NCBI GenBank assembly: GCA_002269645.1 | Contig: NIVC01001589.1 | Coordinates: forward strand, 1 to 64,000 | Origin: Macrostomum lignano | Lineage: Eukaryota | DNA: 64,000 nt | Reading direction: 5' to 3' | Part shown: piece by piece, positions 1 through 11,871 of the stretch | Position numbering within the stretch: position 1 is the stretch's first letter | Layout of the letters: each line of letters opens with the position of its first letter | Program-made: the position numbers and the translations under genes | The notes under the pieces: generated by a model | The model's input: only the letters and a program-made list of their open reading frames with translations | Told to the model about the DNA's origin: nothing | Databases searched by the model: none

Positions 1-197
1 GTCAGAAAATGAATCAGTATATTAGTGAGTCAATGACTCAGTCAATGAGTCAGTCAATAAGTCAGAAATGAGTCAGTATATTAGTAAGTCAATGAGTCAG
101 TCAATGAGTCAGTCAATGAGTCAGTCAATGAGTCATAAAATTAGTCAGTCAATGAGTCAGAAAATGAGTCAGTATATTAGTAAGTCAATGAGTCAGA
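1..197. repeat. 12-bp minisatellite (GTCAATGAGTCA and variants), intronic in the SARA-like gene, continues off the left edge
   Basis: Tandem units visible directly; they generate the MSQS-repeat start of ORF 68..622. Confidence 0.9.
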
Positions 198-232
198 CAA
201 TTCGCCAGTCACTAAACCGGGTGATACCGCAG

Positions 233-575
233 GCGAGGTGGTTGGCGACCTGGACCACACGGTGTTCCAGCGGCAGCGCATTCCTAGGCAGCGCCTTCAT
301 CGGCGGAGTGCTGTACTTCATGGAAAGCGGCCAGTGCTTCCACGGCCTGGTTAATCCGGCCGACTTCGGCAGCCTGCTGGTGTGCCGGCTGGTGCACACC
401 AGAGAGGTGCCCTATCTCATGCACGCCCCGCTGAGGCTGCTGCTCAGGCTCGGCGAGGAGGAGGGCGTGTACCCGTGCTCACTGATCAGCCACAGGTACC
501 GGCCTGCCCTGTTCCACGACCCCAGCCGCTCCGTGTACTCCATGTTCAAGGTGAGTATGGGACTGCTGCCACTGT

Positions 576-612
<37 letters not shown>

Positions 613-3600
613 AAAAAAATAAGCCATTAGATTTAACGAACACTGATATTTTGTAGTCTAGATTAATCTGCTAGAAAAATTTTAGGTTTAGGATGTTATA
701 ATCTCTCTCCTTTCTCTCTCCCTTCCCTTCTCCCCTTGTTCTCACCCTCCCATCTCCCCTTGATCTTCCTCCCCATCCCCCTTAATCTTCCTCCCCATCT
801 CCCTCTTAATCTTCCTCCCATCTCCCCTTCATCTTCCTCCCCATCTCCCCCTTAATCTTCTCCCATCTCCCCCTTAATCTTCCTCCCATCTCCCCCTTAA
901 TCTTCCTCCCATCCCCCTTAATTTCCTCCCCATCTCCCTTAATCTCCCTCCCATCTCCCCTGAATCTTCCTCCCCATCTCCCCCTTAATCTCCCTCCCCA
1001 TCTCCCCCTTAATCTTCCTCCCTATCTCTCCCTTAATCTCCCTCCCCATCTCCCCCTTAATCTCTTCCTCCCCTTCTCCCCTTACTCGCCCTCCCTTTTT
1101 CTCCCTGAATAGCACCCATCTAACCCTATTTTCTATCTCTCTTGGCTTTCTCCCCAAGCCTGAATTGTTAGTTGTGTAGTCCCTTCCCAGTGCCTTTCTA
1201 ATTAAAACGCTTTTAGAGCCAGCATAGCTGGGCCAGTAAGCAATTAGAGGAATTCACCTTGTTCACTCCCCAAGTACAATAGACTCGGAGACTCTGTCGC
1301 TGTGGGATTGAGGATTTTCAGTCTGATCCTCTCTAGCCATACCTTTTAATTTGCTTAATCCCGGCTGGAGCGAAAAAGTTTCTAAACTCAATTGAGTTTT
1401 CTCCCGCAAAGAAGCAGCATGGTGAGACCTGCTGCAGTGCCGTTCCCGCCATCCATCAGCCTCCTGACAAAGGGGGGGACAGCCTGCTATGGGAAGATTC
1501 ATCATGGGGCCGGGCTGGGGAGGGTGAGAACTCCCCCCTTCCGGGGGACTGCATCCCAGCCTGCACGCGGCGCAGTTTCCCCCATCAAATAGTCAACTAA
1601 GTCCCGCCAGGATGCTGCCTTAATTGGTTTCTGAGGCTGCGGCCTGGCAGGGCCTGCGACTTTATCCTTGTTGGGAAGGGGGGATTTTTATCCCGTCTGG
1701 GGATCTCGGCCTCGTTCGCTAAATGGGTTCTGCGCGCCGCGGTGTCCGGCACGCGATAAGTCGGTCTGTAGCCGGCTGGTGACTTCCATCTCACTGCCCA
1801 ATACAGCTGCGACTCAAAATGAATTGCTGTCTGTGCCGTCTCCCATAGCCATCTCCACTTCGCTTGTCATCAGCTCTCCGCTCTCCCTCTCACTCTCCCT
1901 CTCTCACTCTCCCCCTCTCCTCTCTCATTCTCCCCTTTTACTCTCCCCTCTCTCCACTTCTCACTCTCCCCTCTCTCCCCTCTTACTCTTCCCCTCTCGC
2001 TCTCCCCTCTCCCTCCTCACTCTCACTCTTCCTTCTCCCTCTCTCATTCTCCCCTTTCACTCTCCCCCTCTCTCCCCTCTTACTCTCCCATTCTCAGCCT
2101 CCCCTCTCCCTCTCTCTCTCTCTCTCACTCTCCTCCTCTCTGTCCCCTTACTCCCCCTCTCACTCTCCTCCTCTCTCCCTCTCGCTTCTCTCCCTCTCTC
2201 CGTTTTTCGCATTCCTCATCTATTCACTCTTGTCCCAAAGAATTGTCAGTGTGCGAGGATCCGCAGGTCAGGCTGGTGTCCACCTCACTACCCGGCAATC
2301 GCTGCAACCCGCAGGACGTGCTCGGTCCCCGCCAGGGCATGATCCCCAGACTCCGCGAGTGCACCATCACCCTGGAGCAGGGCTCCGGCCAGATCTCTGT
2401 GTCCATCGCGCGCAAACGCCACCCGGATCTCGGCGCCCTGCTGCGGCTGTACTCGCCTGATACCGACGGAGTCCTGGCCATCGGCGGCGAGCTCTGCCAG
2501 TTTGCCGACGCTCACCTGGTTGCCAAGGAGACGCCGGGCAACGGCAACGGCAGCGGGCAGCAACAGGTGGGCCTGGAGACCGCTCTGTTTAGCGCCAAAA
2601 CTGTCAGCAAGCCGACAGGTGAGCTTGAGAACAATTCTGGCTGGAGATTAGATCTGACAGCTATTGAGCACATTATTTATTACTGTCTGCTGGTTTCCAT
2701 GAGCGTCGTTGCTTTACTCTAATGTGAAAGTGTTGGAAGGCTCTCAATAGGTTCTCAATCAGTGACATGGCCGAATTTTGGCGCCCTCCTAAACCCAGCT
2801 TTGGCGCTTTGCGGACACCTATTTTGGCGCCATGTGGACATCAATTTTGGCGCCATGCAGACACCTATTTTTGTGCCATTCAGACACCTATTTTGGGGCA
2901 TTCAGACACCTATTTTGGTGCCATGCAGACACCTATTTTAGTGCCATGCAGACACCTATTTTGGTGCCATGCAGACATTAGTTTTGGCGCCATGCAGACA
3001 TCAATTTTGGCGCCATGCAGACACCTATTTTAGTGCCATGCAGACACCTATTTTGGTGCCATGCAGACATTAGTTTTGGCGCCATGCAGACATCAATTTT
3101 GGCGCCATGCAGACACCTATTTTGGTGCCATGCAGATATCAGTTTTGGCGCCATGCAGACACCTATTTTGGCGCCATGCAGACACTTTCCGCTCCTAAAC
3201 ATTGTTGAATAATCAGCTGTTCAATAATATTTGAGACCAGCTGCTCCGTTAATCCCCCCGCAGTGACCGGGCTCAGCTTCATCGCGGTGGCTGCCCACCT
3301 GTCCGGACGCTCGGTCGGACTGTCCGGAAATGTGGCCGCCGTGGTTGAAGACGGCGTGGCCGTCACCTGCCGCCGAGAGGACATGAAATCCCTGCTGTCG
3401 GTGCGTACTGGGGCATTTCTAGCACAGGTTTGAGTCTACCCAGACTGCAGAACCTACCCAGACTGCAGAACCTACCCAGACTGCAGAACCTACCCAGACT
3501 GCAGAACCTACCCAGATTGCAGAACCTACCCAGACTGCAGAACCTACCCAGACTGCAAAACCTGCCTAGATTTCAGAACCTACCTAGACTGCAGAACCTA

Positions 3601-4228
3601 CCCAAACTGCAGAACCTACCCAAACTGCAGAACCTACCCAGACTGCAGAACCTACCTAGATTGCAGAACCTATCCAGATTATAGAACCTACCTAGATTTC
3701 AGAACCTACCTAGACTGCAGAACCTACCCAAACTGCAGAACCTACCCAAACTGCAGAACCTACCCAAACTGCAGAACCTACCCAAACTGCAGAACCTACC
3801 CAGATTGCAGAACCTACCCAGATTGCAGAACCTATCCAGATTATAGAACCTACCCAGACTGCAGAACCTACCCAAACTGCAGAGCCTACCCAGATTGCAG
3901 AACCTACCCAGATTGCAGAACCTATCCAGATTATAGAACCTACCCAGACTGCAGAACCTACCCAGACTGCAGAACCTATCCAGATTATAGAACCTACCCA
4001 GACTGCAGAACCTACCCAGACTGCAGAACCTACCCAGACTGCAGAACCTACCCAAACTGCAGTCCCTACCCAAACTGCAGAACCTACCCAATTCTTCCTC
4101 ATCTGCAGAGCCTCAATAACGCGGTGGACTTCACCATGACTGCCGATTGGCTGTTTACATTTCAGCGCAAAAAGGCACAGAAGAAATGCCCCATCAAGTT
4201 TATCTGGAGGCTGAAACCCGGCCTCTAA
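233..4228 (+). CDS. ZFYVE9: SARA/endofin (ZFYVE9/ZFYVE16)-like protein, C-terminal DUF3480 region; 5' end lies outside the window. Exons 233-550, 2267-2618, 3264-3400, 4109-4228
   Basis: Spliced translation gives FLGSAFIGGVLYF, EVPYLMHAPLRLLLRLGEEEGVYPCSLISHRYRPALF, VLAIGGELCQFADAHLV and KPTVTGLSFIAVAAHLSG..AAVVEDGVAVT, matching remembered SARA motifs [58 protein letters not shown] and RKVTGASFFVFSGAL..SSIVEDGVMV. GT-AG sites are phase-compatible (0,1,0); TAA at 4226-4228. Confidence 0.8.
577..608. repeat. (CT)n microsatellite
   Basis: Direct reading, 27 nt after the donor at 551. Confidence 0.95.
700..1130. repeat. Pyrimidine-rich degenerate ~21-22-bp tandem repeat (CATCTCCCCTTAATCTTCCTCCC-like)
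   Basis: Recurring CCCATCTCCCCTTAATCT units. Confidence 0.8.
1865..2215. repeat. C/T low-complexity tract
   Basis: Nearly purine-free stretch; source of the spurious Ser/Leu/Pro ORFs. Confidence 0.85.
2778..3185. repeat. 23-bp minisatellite (GACACCTATTTTGGCGCCATGCA), ~17 copies, SARA intron
   Basis: Period 23 (GACACC at 2860 and 2883; 2905 and 2928). Confidence 0.9.
3436..4091. repeat. 18-bp minisatellite (CCCAGACTGCAGAACCTA), ~36 copies, fills the last SARA intron
   Basis: Direct reading; ends ~17 nt before the acceptor at 4108. Confidence 0.95.
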
Positions 4229-4423
4229 CTCAAATGTCAATGCTGTATGTTATTCATTTTTATAATGAAAGTGAATGAAAGATATCCAGTCTGTGTTGGC
4301 TGTAAATTAACATCTATATATTTTTGTCTTCTGCGTATCAATTTAATTAATTTAAAGGATAAACATTTCCTGTCGCTTTTTCTAGCCGAAATTGTCTTTG
4401 TGAGGCTCCTTCAAAAACCTATG

Positions 4424-4756
4424 ACTACTGACCTGCCCATTGACCTGTACACTGACCTGTCCACTGACCTGTCCACTGATCTGTCAACTGATCTGTCTAT
4501 CGACCTGTCTATCGACCTGTCTATCGACCTGTCTATCGACCTGTCTATCGACCTGTCTATCGACCTGTCTATCGACCTGTCTATCGACCTGTCTATCGAC
4601 CTGTCTATCGACCTGTCTATCGACCTGTCTATCGACCTGTCTATCGACCTGTCTATCGACCTGTCTATCGACCTGTCTATCGACCTGTCTATCGACCTGT
4701 CTATCGACCTGTCTATCGACCTGTCCACTGACCTGTCCACCGGTCTGTCCACTGTT
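4424..4756. repeat. 12-bp minisatellite (ATCGACCTGTCT), ~27 copies
   Basis: Direct reading; homogeneous core with ACTGACCTGTCC-type variants at both edges. Confidence 0.95.
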
Positions 4757-5764
4757 TAGTGACCTATAATCCTTCAATCCCGACCCACAACTGCAGCAGA
4801 CATGCAGCACCTCACTAGATCAATGCATTTTCAGTCCACAATCCCATGCTTCATGGCATTTGAGATGGCAGATGCAAAATAAACGGATAATTAAGCAGCT
4901 CCATTTACTAGTACTAATAGTAACAACAGGCACATTTTTCTTCCTGCTATCTTGCAATGCAATGCACAAGCACTGATGCTCAGGCGCTTAAAAGTCTCCA
5001 AAATGGTCTTATCTGATTGAGACAATAAATAAAATTGACTTGTACTTTTTGCGCATTGTGCACACAACAAAAGTTCAGACTGAAAAAATTCAAGCGTATG
5101 TTAAACTTTATATGGTGTGAAAAAAATAACAATAAAAACTTGCCAAACAGCTACTAACAGTAGTGTCACGGTGAGGCAGCAATTTGAAAGCGACGAGAAG
5201 TTACAATTTATAAAACAGCCTTCTCAAATCACAATTGTCATAATTGGATTGAACAAAAATGTTTTAGTGGGTAACAAAGTCATGCTTGAGAACCGATTCT
5301 TTGGATTAAACAATTATGAATAATATATAGCGAAAAAATTATAGACCTGATTTTGCTACTTGTAACGACTGAATGATTAGTCAATGGTCTTTACTGTCGT
5401 ATTAGCACAAAATTTACATAAGTTTTACAACAGTCCAACCTTCTGATTACAGTAAGAGTTGACTGGATTTATAAAAATTTAGCCTTTGGCCATTGATAAT
5501 TTATTCTCAATGTTCCAAGGATGTATTCCACTTTGCCTGTACGCCTTGTCTATGTCGCTAGTGCTTTGCTAGCGGAGATTCTCACTAAGTAACCTCCGCT
5601 GCCATAGACAATAAAATTAACGCCGTGAGCCAGAGTGAGGTTGATTGAACACTTTTTTCTACCATAGACAAAACGTGTCCGCGAATACAGGGAGCTGAGA
5701 ATACTAATAATCTCCGCGAATCCAGTCAATATTCTCCGCTCCTTGCATTCGTGGGATACATTTT

Positions 5765-5912
5765 AATAACCTACTGAAACGAGGAGAATGTCTATGCAAT
5801 GCTGCTGCCCCCCACACCCCCGCTCCACCCACCCCCTCCCCTCGAGTTGTTGTTGTAGGGGTTGCCAAATGTGGGGGAGGCATAGACATTCTCCTCGTTT
5901 CAGTAGGCTATT
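5765..5912. mobile_element. ~150-bp MITE-like element with ~33-bp terminal inverted repeats
   Basis: CTACTGAAACGAGGAGAATGTCTATGC (5771-5797) is the exact reverse complement of 5880-5906 and extends a few bases with one mismatch; TSD ambiguous (A/T-rich flanks). Confidence 0.6.
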
Positions 5913-6080
5913 ATACATAGACACAAAGCATCCATCACATTTCAGCATCCTTCTGTGCCACAGATACCAAGATAACTACGAGCTAAAATCTATTTTCGGT
6001 TCAGCGGAAATTGAAATCTAAGCATTATACGAATTGGATTTCATTTCTAAGAAAAGCTACTTCCTCTGTCCAGCCGGCAT

Positions 6081-6268
6081 GTACATTATCAGTGGCACTG
6101 GCCAAAGTACATTATCAGTGGCACTGGCTAAAGTACATTATCAGTGACACTGGCCACAGTACATTATCAGTGGCACTGGCCAAAGTACATTATCAGTGGC
6201 ACTGGCCAAAGTACATTATCAGTGACACTGGCCACAGTACATTATCAGTGGCACAGGCCAATGTACAT
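6081..6268. repeat. 26-bp minisatellite (GTACATTATCAGTGGCACTGGCCAAA), ~7 copies
   Basis: GTAC at 6081 and 6107, period 26. Confidence 0.9.
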
Positions 6269-6444
6269 TACAGCTGTTCACAAGCTGTCCACACCAAAAA
6301 GTCATTCCCCCAACTGCCCTTTATTTTTTAAAAATAGCTTACGCATGCCTTCTTTACTACTGAACCAGAAGTAGTTGAAACTGTTAAACCAAGCCAACAT
6401 ACCAAAGGGACCCAACAAGTTATTCTAGAACCCCGAGAACCGAG

Positions 6445-6983
6445 TCAGCCTTTGTAGGGGCTGACGCTGACCGCCCTGACCGTCAGGCGCAGGGTGCGGC
6501 CTCGCTGATCTGCGAGTTCAACGCCGTCGCCGCCGGCCTCCGCCAGCTGCCGCAGCTCCTCCAGGCTGGTGTGCCCGCTAGCCAGCAGGCGGTGGGAGCC
6601 GCGGCTGCCACGGCGCCAGCACTCCAGTCGGAGCAGGCGGTGCGGGTCGCCGCGGCACAGGGTGAACAGCGACAGGTCGGCCAGCCGGAAGTCGGCGCCC
6701 TGCAGCTGGTCGGTCCGGTGCGCCAGGCTGTAAGCCGACGAGCAAACCCGGCCAACGTCGGCCAGCGTGGCCGCGTGGTCGGCCCGGTGGATTTCTAGGA
6801 AATTCGAGCCACCTTTCAGTAGGCCGTCGGGGTCGCTGCCGCTGCCGATCTCCATGGAGACGAGGCCGTCGAGTCGGGCATCGTAGGGCGACGTCTTGAG
6901 GGTGACGAGGCCGCAGTCCCTGCCGAGGCTGGCGGTGAACACTGGGCTGGTCACCAGGTCCGACAAATGAAAATCTGCCCGGC
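6445..6983 (-). CDS. Copine-like tandem C2-domain protein, last coding exon (end of C2A plus C2B)
   Basis: Acceptor CTCGCAG at 6990-6984. Translation RADFHLSDLVTSP...SNFLEIHR..SLAHRTDQL..LSLFTLCRGDPHRLLRLECW..GSHRLLASGHTSLEEL parallels copine C2B DPFLEFFR..LVYRSEVI..VQHFCGGNPSTPIQVQCSD..GSHDLIGTFHTSLAQL; TGA at 6447-6445. Confidence 0.65.
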
Positions 6984-7109
6984 CTGCGAGTGAGAAAAAT
7001 TGGCATATTTCTACTACTAGGAGATGCGAAAATTGTTAACCATTTGTGTGGCCGCCTGAAAAACGAAAAGGTCAAAATCTGGCAAAATGGTGCAGAAATA
7101 CACCATGCT

Positions 7110-8030
7110 ATATAACAAACCCTCTACTCTGCTCACCGTTAAAGTCATCGATAAACCCTCCACCCCACTCAATGTTAAACTCATCAATTTAAGCCCTCAT
7201 CGATAAACACAATAAACTTTCTCTGCCCTACTCATCAATAAACTCTCCAATGCTCACGATTCTCAATAAACTTTCATCTGATAAACTCATCAATAAACTC
7301 TCCCTCTTCATCGGATAAACTCATCAATAAACTTCCACTCTGCTCACCGGTAAACTCATCAATAAACTCTCCACTCTGCTCACCGATAAACTCATCAATA
7401 AACTCTCCACTCTATACTCACCGGTAAACTCATCAATAAACTCTCCACTCTGCTCACGATAAACTCATCAATAAACTCTCCACTCTGCTCACCGGTAAAC
7501 TCATCAATAAACTCTCCACTCTGCTCACCGATAAACTCATCAATAAATTCACTCACCGATAAACTCATCAATAAACTCTCCACTCTGCTCATCGATAAAC
7601 TCATCAATAAACTCTCCACTATGAACTCATCAATAAACTCTCCACTCTGCTCACCGATAAACTCATCAATAAACTCTCCACTCTGCTCACCGGTAAACTC
7701 ATCAATAAACTCTCCACTCTGCTCACCGATAAACTCATCAATAAACTCTCCACTCTGCTCACGATAAACTCATCAATAAACTCTCCACTCTGCTCACCGA
7801 TAAACTCATCAATAAACTCTCCACCGATGCTCACCGATAAACTCTCCATGCTCACCTCATCAATAAACCATCACCGATAAACTCATCAATTCTCTGCTCA
7901 CCTCATCAATAAACTCTCCACCGATAAACTCACCGATAAACTCATCAATAAACTCTCCACTCTGCTCACCGATAAACCATCAATTCTTCACCACATCAAT
8001 AAATCACACGATAAACTCATGGGATTCTCT
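7110..8030. repeat. 36-bp minisatellite (ATAAACTCATCAATAAACTCTCCACTCTGCTCACCG) in the copine-like gene intron
   Basis: Period 36 (7351 and 7387); both edges strongly degenerate. Confidence 0.9.
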
Positions 8031-8126
8031 GACATCGGAATAAACTCATTCACTGAAGCTGGGTTTTGCCACATCTGGAGGTCTCCACGGAAGCACTGGA
8101 TTCTGCGGACATCGGAAGGGAGAAAC

Positions 8127-8418
8127 CTCGTAGCAGGGTTTTGCCTCATTGGTTGGAAATCTCCATGAGCAGGAGATTCTCTTACATCTGCAGGAAATGG
8201 CCTGACTGTACCCGAACTTCAGCGAGAAATCATTTGCAACGCAGGATTCTTGTACTTATTGATACGAATCAGGCACAGGACAGAATGTACCCAATTCTGC
8301 TGCACATGTAAATTCACCCAGCTTGCAGCGCCCCAGACAGTTTTAATTGCTGCGCGAGATAAGCAAATGCAGACCTTCCTATTGAAATTCAGGGGCGTAA
8401 CGGAGCTTTGCACTGCGT
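8127..8418 (-). pseudogene. Candidate upstream C2A exon of the copine-like gene, garbled by frameshifts and stops (pseudogenised or mis-assembled)
   Basis: Good acceptor TTTCCTTTCCAG ending at 8419. Peptides RKVCICLS, VNLHVQQNWV, KNPA/xANDFSLKF and NLLLMEISN..GKTLL loosely follow copine C2A and would join GRADFHL in phase 1. Confidence 0.3.
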
Positions 8419-8425
8419 CTGGAAA

Positions 8426-8597
8426 GGAAACCATCACATGAACCATGGAGTTCTATGACCCTATTCATCTGGAATGGAAACCACTGCAAGAACCATGGAA
8501 TTCTATGACCCTATTCATCTGGAATGGAAACCACCACATGAACCAAGGAGTTCTATGACCCTATTCATATGGAATGGAAACCACTGCCAGAACCATT
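8426..8597. repeat. 50-bp tandem repeat, ~3.5 copies
   Basis: GGAAACCA..GAACCATGGA.TTCTATGACCCTATTCATCTGGAAT at 8426, 8476, 8526 and partial at 8576. Confidence 0.85.
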
Positions 8598-9124
8598 CTA
8601 CACCTTTAGCACCTGGAAGTGGAATGGAAGCTGCTGTGATGGTGCACCCTTATCGCGGCTTGTGCTGCATCCTCCTCTCCTGATTTTAGGTCTAGAGATC
8701 CATGACCAAGCTAGCCCTCACCTTTAAGAAAGCAAAAAATGCAAAACAGCTTTTCTTGATCCGTCCGTCCGTCAGTCAGGTCTGGGAATGTTTTCCCTCA
8801 GACTCGCATCCCATGGGGCTGGCGAAAAATGCAGATGAATCCGAAACGGCTAAGTTTGCTGGGAGGGGGGCTCCGTCCCACAGATCCCACCCGGCTGTGG
8901 AGGAAAACAGTTCGACATCAGCTTTCACTGCCGCTGCCTTTCGTACCAATTGACTTCGGGAAAGTACAAATGCCGATTTGTTGTGGCTCCGAGGCTTGGC
9001 CGAGTAGCAAAATCGGTCACTACACCGGTGATCGATAGGAATCCTATTCTTGTCCTAGATCTATCCTATCCTATCCTAGATCTTGTTAACAAAGACTAGC
9101 AATTTCATCTTATTGTTGCGTCAC

Positions 9125-9699
9125 GGATCACTGGGTCGTGGATAATTGGGTCATGGATCATTGGGTCATGGATCATTGGGTCATGGATCATTGTGCCATT
9201 GATCATTTGGTCATGGATCATTGGGTCATGGATCATTGGGTCATGGATCATTGGGTCATGGATCATTGGGTCATGGATCATTCATTGGGTCATGGATAAT
9301 TGGGTCATTGATCATTGGGTCATTGGCATTGGGTCATGGATCATTGGGTCATGGATCATTGGGTCATGGATCATAGGGTCATGGATCATTGGGTCATGGA
9401 TCATAGGGTCATGGATCATTGGGTCATGGATCATAGGGTCATGGATCATTGGGTCATGGATCATAGGGTCATGGATCATTGGGTCATGGATCATTGGGTC
9501 ATGTATCATTGGGTCATGAATCATTGGGTCATGTATCATTGGGTCATGAATCATTGGGTCATGGATCATTGCGTCATGAATCATTGGGTCATGAATCATT
9601 GGGTCATGAATCATTGGGTCATGGATCATTGGGTCTTGGATCATCGGGATATTGATCATTGGGTCATTGGGCATTGGGTCATGGATCATTGGGTCATGG
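9125..9699. repeat. 15-bp minisatellite (GGGTCATGGATCATT), ~38 copies
   Basis: Direct reading. Confidence 0.95.
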
Positions 9700-10164
9700 G
9701 AGTTTGGGCTCTGGAAGTTTCAGAGCATTTGTTGGGAAATATAATTTGAAACAAAACAGCGTTTCACAGCAATTTGCATGACTTACCTTGCGAGTTGAGT
9801 CGCGTTAATTGTGAGCAGATCAGGCAGCTGCGCAGATCAAGAAGCGAAGCGCGTGGTTTTTTACGTTTTCACAGGCCGAATTGCGCTGCCTTTAGTAAAA
9901 AGTCCGATGAAGAGTGGCGGGCGGCTTCAGAGGGAACAGAGACACTGCGCAGCTCTGCGCGAAAAGGAACACAGCCTTAATATTCGTCCCCACTATATGC
10001 CCTACGCCTCTGACCTGAACACTCCCTTAAACCCCCTCCCGCTCTGCACCTCCAAAGTTGCAACAGAATTTCGTCGCAGCGCAGACCCAGTCGGTTTATC
10101 GTACCCCGCCTCGCCCTCCGCTTCGAATCGCGTACAATCGCGCACTCTCTTGCTTCTTAGCGCT

Positions 10165-10194
10165 CAGCTCTCTCGCTCTCTCTCTCTCGCTCTC

Positions 10195-10226
<32 letters not shown>

Positions 10227-10228
10227 CC
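10165..10228. repeat. (CT)n microsatellite with CGCT interruptions
   Basis: Direct reading. Confidence 0.9.
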
Positions 10229-11062
10229 TGTCTGTCTTCAGTGCACAGCAAAGGAGCAACACAACCGAGGCTGGATGGGTGTTAGGCTTGCGACGAATTA
10301 CTGACATTTGTATTAACTTATCCGAACTGGCCTGCGAAACAATGAGGACTGCGAGACCAGAGATCCCTTACAAGAATAGGACCATGAAAGTGCCGTGGGG
10401 AGGTTAGAAAGTGAAGTTCACTTCCTTTTTAAGTGCAGTTGGAACTATTATAGTGCTTCTTGTGATAAATTTGAACAAGAGATCTCGGATAAAGTTTCAA
10501 ATTTAAAAAACCTTACATTATTGGGCAAATTGGCTTTAAAAATAATCTTGAATAGTGAATGGGTCTGTTAGCGTACGAGGACCCTTTTTAACTCCCGTTT
10601 CGCCGAAAAAATTCTATCGTGTCTATCACTATATTAATTAGTTCGCCTCAAATATTATATAAAAATCAGCACTTTTTAGGCGATCTGCGTATGAAATACG
10701 CTGAGTATGCTTCACTTCTGTCGATAAGCCATGGAAGTTTTCTTCATCAGATTAGTTGCTTTTATCAGGCTGGTGGCACAGCTTGTAAGTGTTTGAGTTG
10801 TTTCGGTAGCAAACAGTTGGACTCGATAAAGCAACGGGAATGCCTGAGATGCTTGCTCGAACGATTTCGTTGTGCATGTGGTTTTGCAGGTGTGCCTACT
10901 CAACCTGACTTTATATGTATGCTCAACAGCAGTATCTCTGGGAACAAGACTCATCATAATTTAATGCGTTATGACCTCGCCAAGGACCACTAGAAGATTA
11001 CTTCAGTAGTCCGTGGACCTCGCATGTAATGGCATTGGGATCCCTGATGGGCAGATGTGCAA

Positions 11063-11314
11063 CCGACAGCTCAGCCGCAGCTATTGCGCGGCGCATCTGA
11101 AGGCTGCGTACGGCTGTTCAGTCCAAGGACTGGGGGGTCGCCACACACAGCCTCAATTACCCCAGCTAATGCTGGCACCCATTTTACAGCTGGGTGAACT
11201 GAAGCAATGCAGAGTTAAGTGTCTTGCTCAAGGACACAAATTGTTTCAATAGGGATCGGCAATCGAACCCCCGACCTACAAGTCGTGAGTCCGACGCTCT
11301 AACCCCTAGGCTAC
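11063..11314 (-). mobile_element. tRNA-derived SINE with CORE (MIR-like) central domain, family 1
   Basis: Minus strand has A box TAGCCTAGGGG and B box GGTTCGATTGC, then GTGTCCTTGAGCAAGACACTTAAC..CAGCTGTAAAATGGGTGCC resembling the CORE consensus CCTTGGGCAAGTCACTTAAC..CTGTAAAATGGG; a second copy is at 38553-38800. Confidence 0.75.
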
Positions 11315-11632
11315 ATTAGTTAGATTTATAGTTAAAATATAGTATAATTTGATAAAGCCTTATTCAGCCAATAGCAAATATGGCATAACGGTTTTGATGA
11401 TGTGACACCATAGCAATTGATAAAAATTTTGAAGTCAATACTTGATTATGCGAGTATCAATGTTATGTAGCAATTATAATTTTCTTAAATATGCATGACA
11501 AATATTTATTTTTCCTGCACCAAAACTGGTTTAATTTTTTATCAGAGCAGAGCATAAACTATGTGTAAACAAGTTTTTGGACAGAAAAGAAAGTTAAACA
11601 TCAGATGACTTCAGGACTTCAGGAGGGTTTCT

Positions 11633-11871
11633 GTGGGGCGGGCACCGTGGCGCAACGCCTTCGGCGACATCGTCCCACAACCAGTGCTGACGACAATTCT
11701 GCACACACAAGCGCGCCAATACTGTACACAGCAGGCACGCACTAATACGCACGCTCACACAGAGTGTACAGCGGCCCTGACGTTAGAGTCATCAGGCATG
11801 TACACTTTCTGTGCCTTGAGGTCGTGGCGTTATCAAGTCAGATGCGCTTACCGCTGAGGTGTTCTGCCCTC
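11633..11871 (-). mobile_element. tRNA-derived SINE, family 2, internally deleted (B-box region missing)
   Basis: Head GGGCAGAACACCTCAGCGGTAAGCGCATCTGACT and body CAAGGCACAGAAAGTGTACATGCCTGA..GCTGTACACT..GTATTGGCGCGCTTG are shared with the copies at 27421-28000. Confidence 0.7.

Noticed and set aside
1-197. Array of AP-1 sites (TGAGTCA)
   Set aside because: The motif is present but a short match in one of many arrays gives no evidence of function
8825-8865. Hammerhead-like CAGATGA-atcc-GAAAC
   Set aside because: Core U4 is A, stem II cannot pair and stems I and III are not convincing
68-9749. Repetitive ORFs (MSQS, LQNLPR, SIDL, GSWII, HWVMD, MIHDP and similar)
   Set aside because: Translations of minisatellites whose period is divisible by 3; they lie in introns or intergenic DNA
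9774-9980. + strand ORF with faint C2-like wording (AFSKKSDEEWRAASEGTETLRSS)
   Set aside because: Wrong strand for the copine-like gene; the minus strand has a donor GTAAGT at 9786 and may be a non-coding 5' exon, but support is too weak to call
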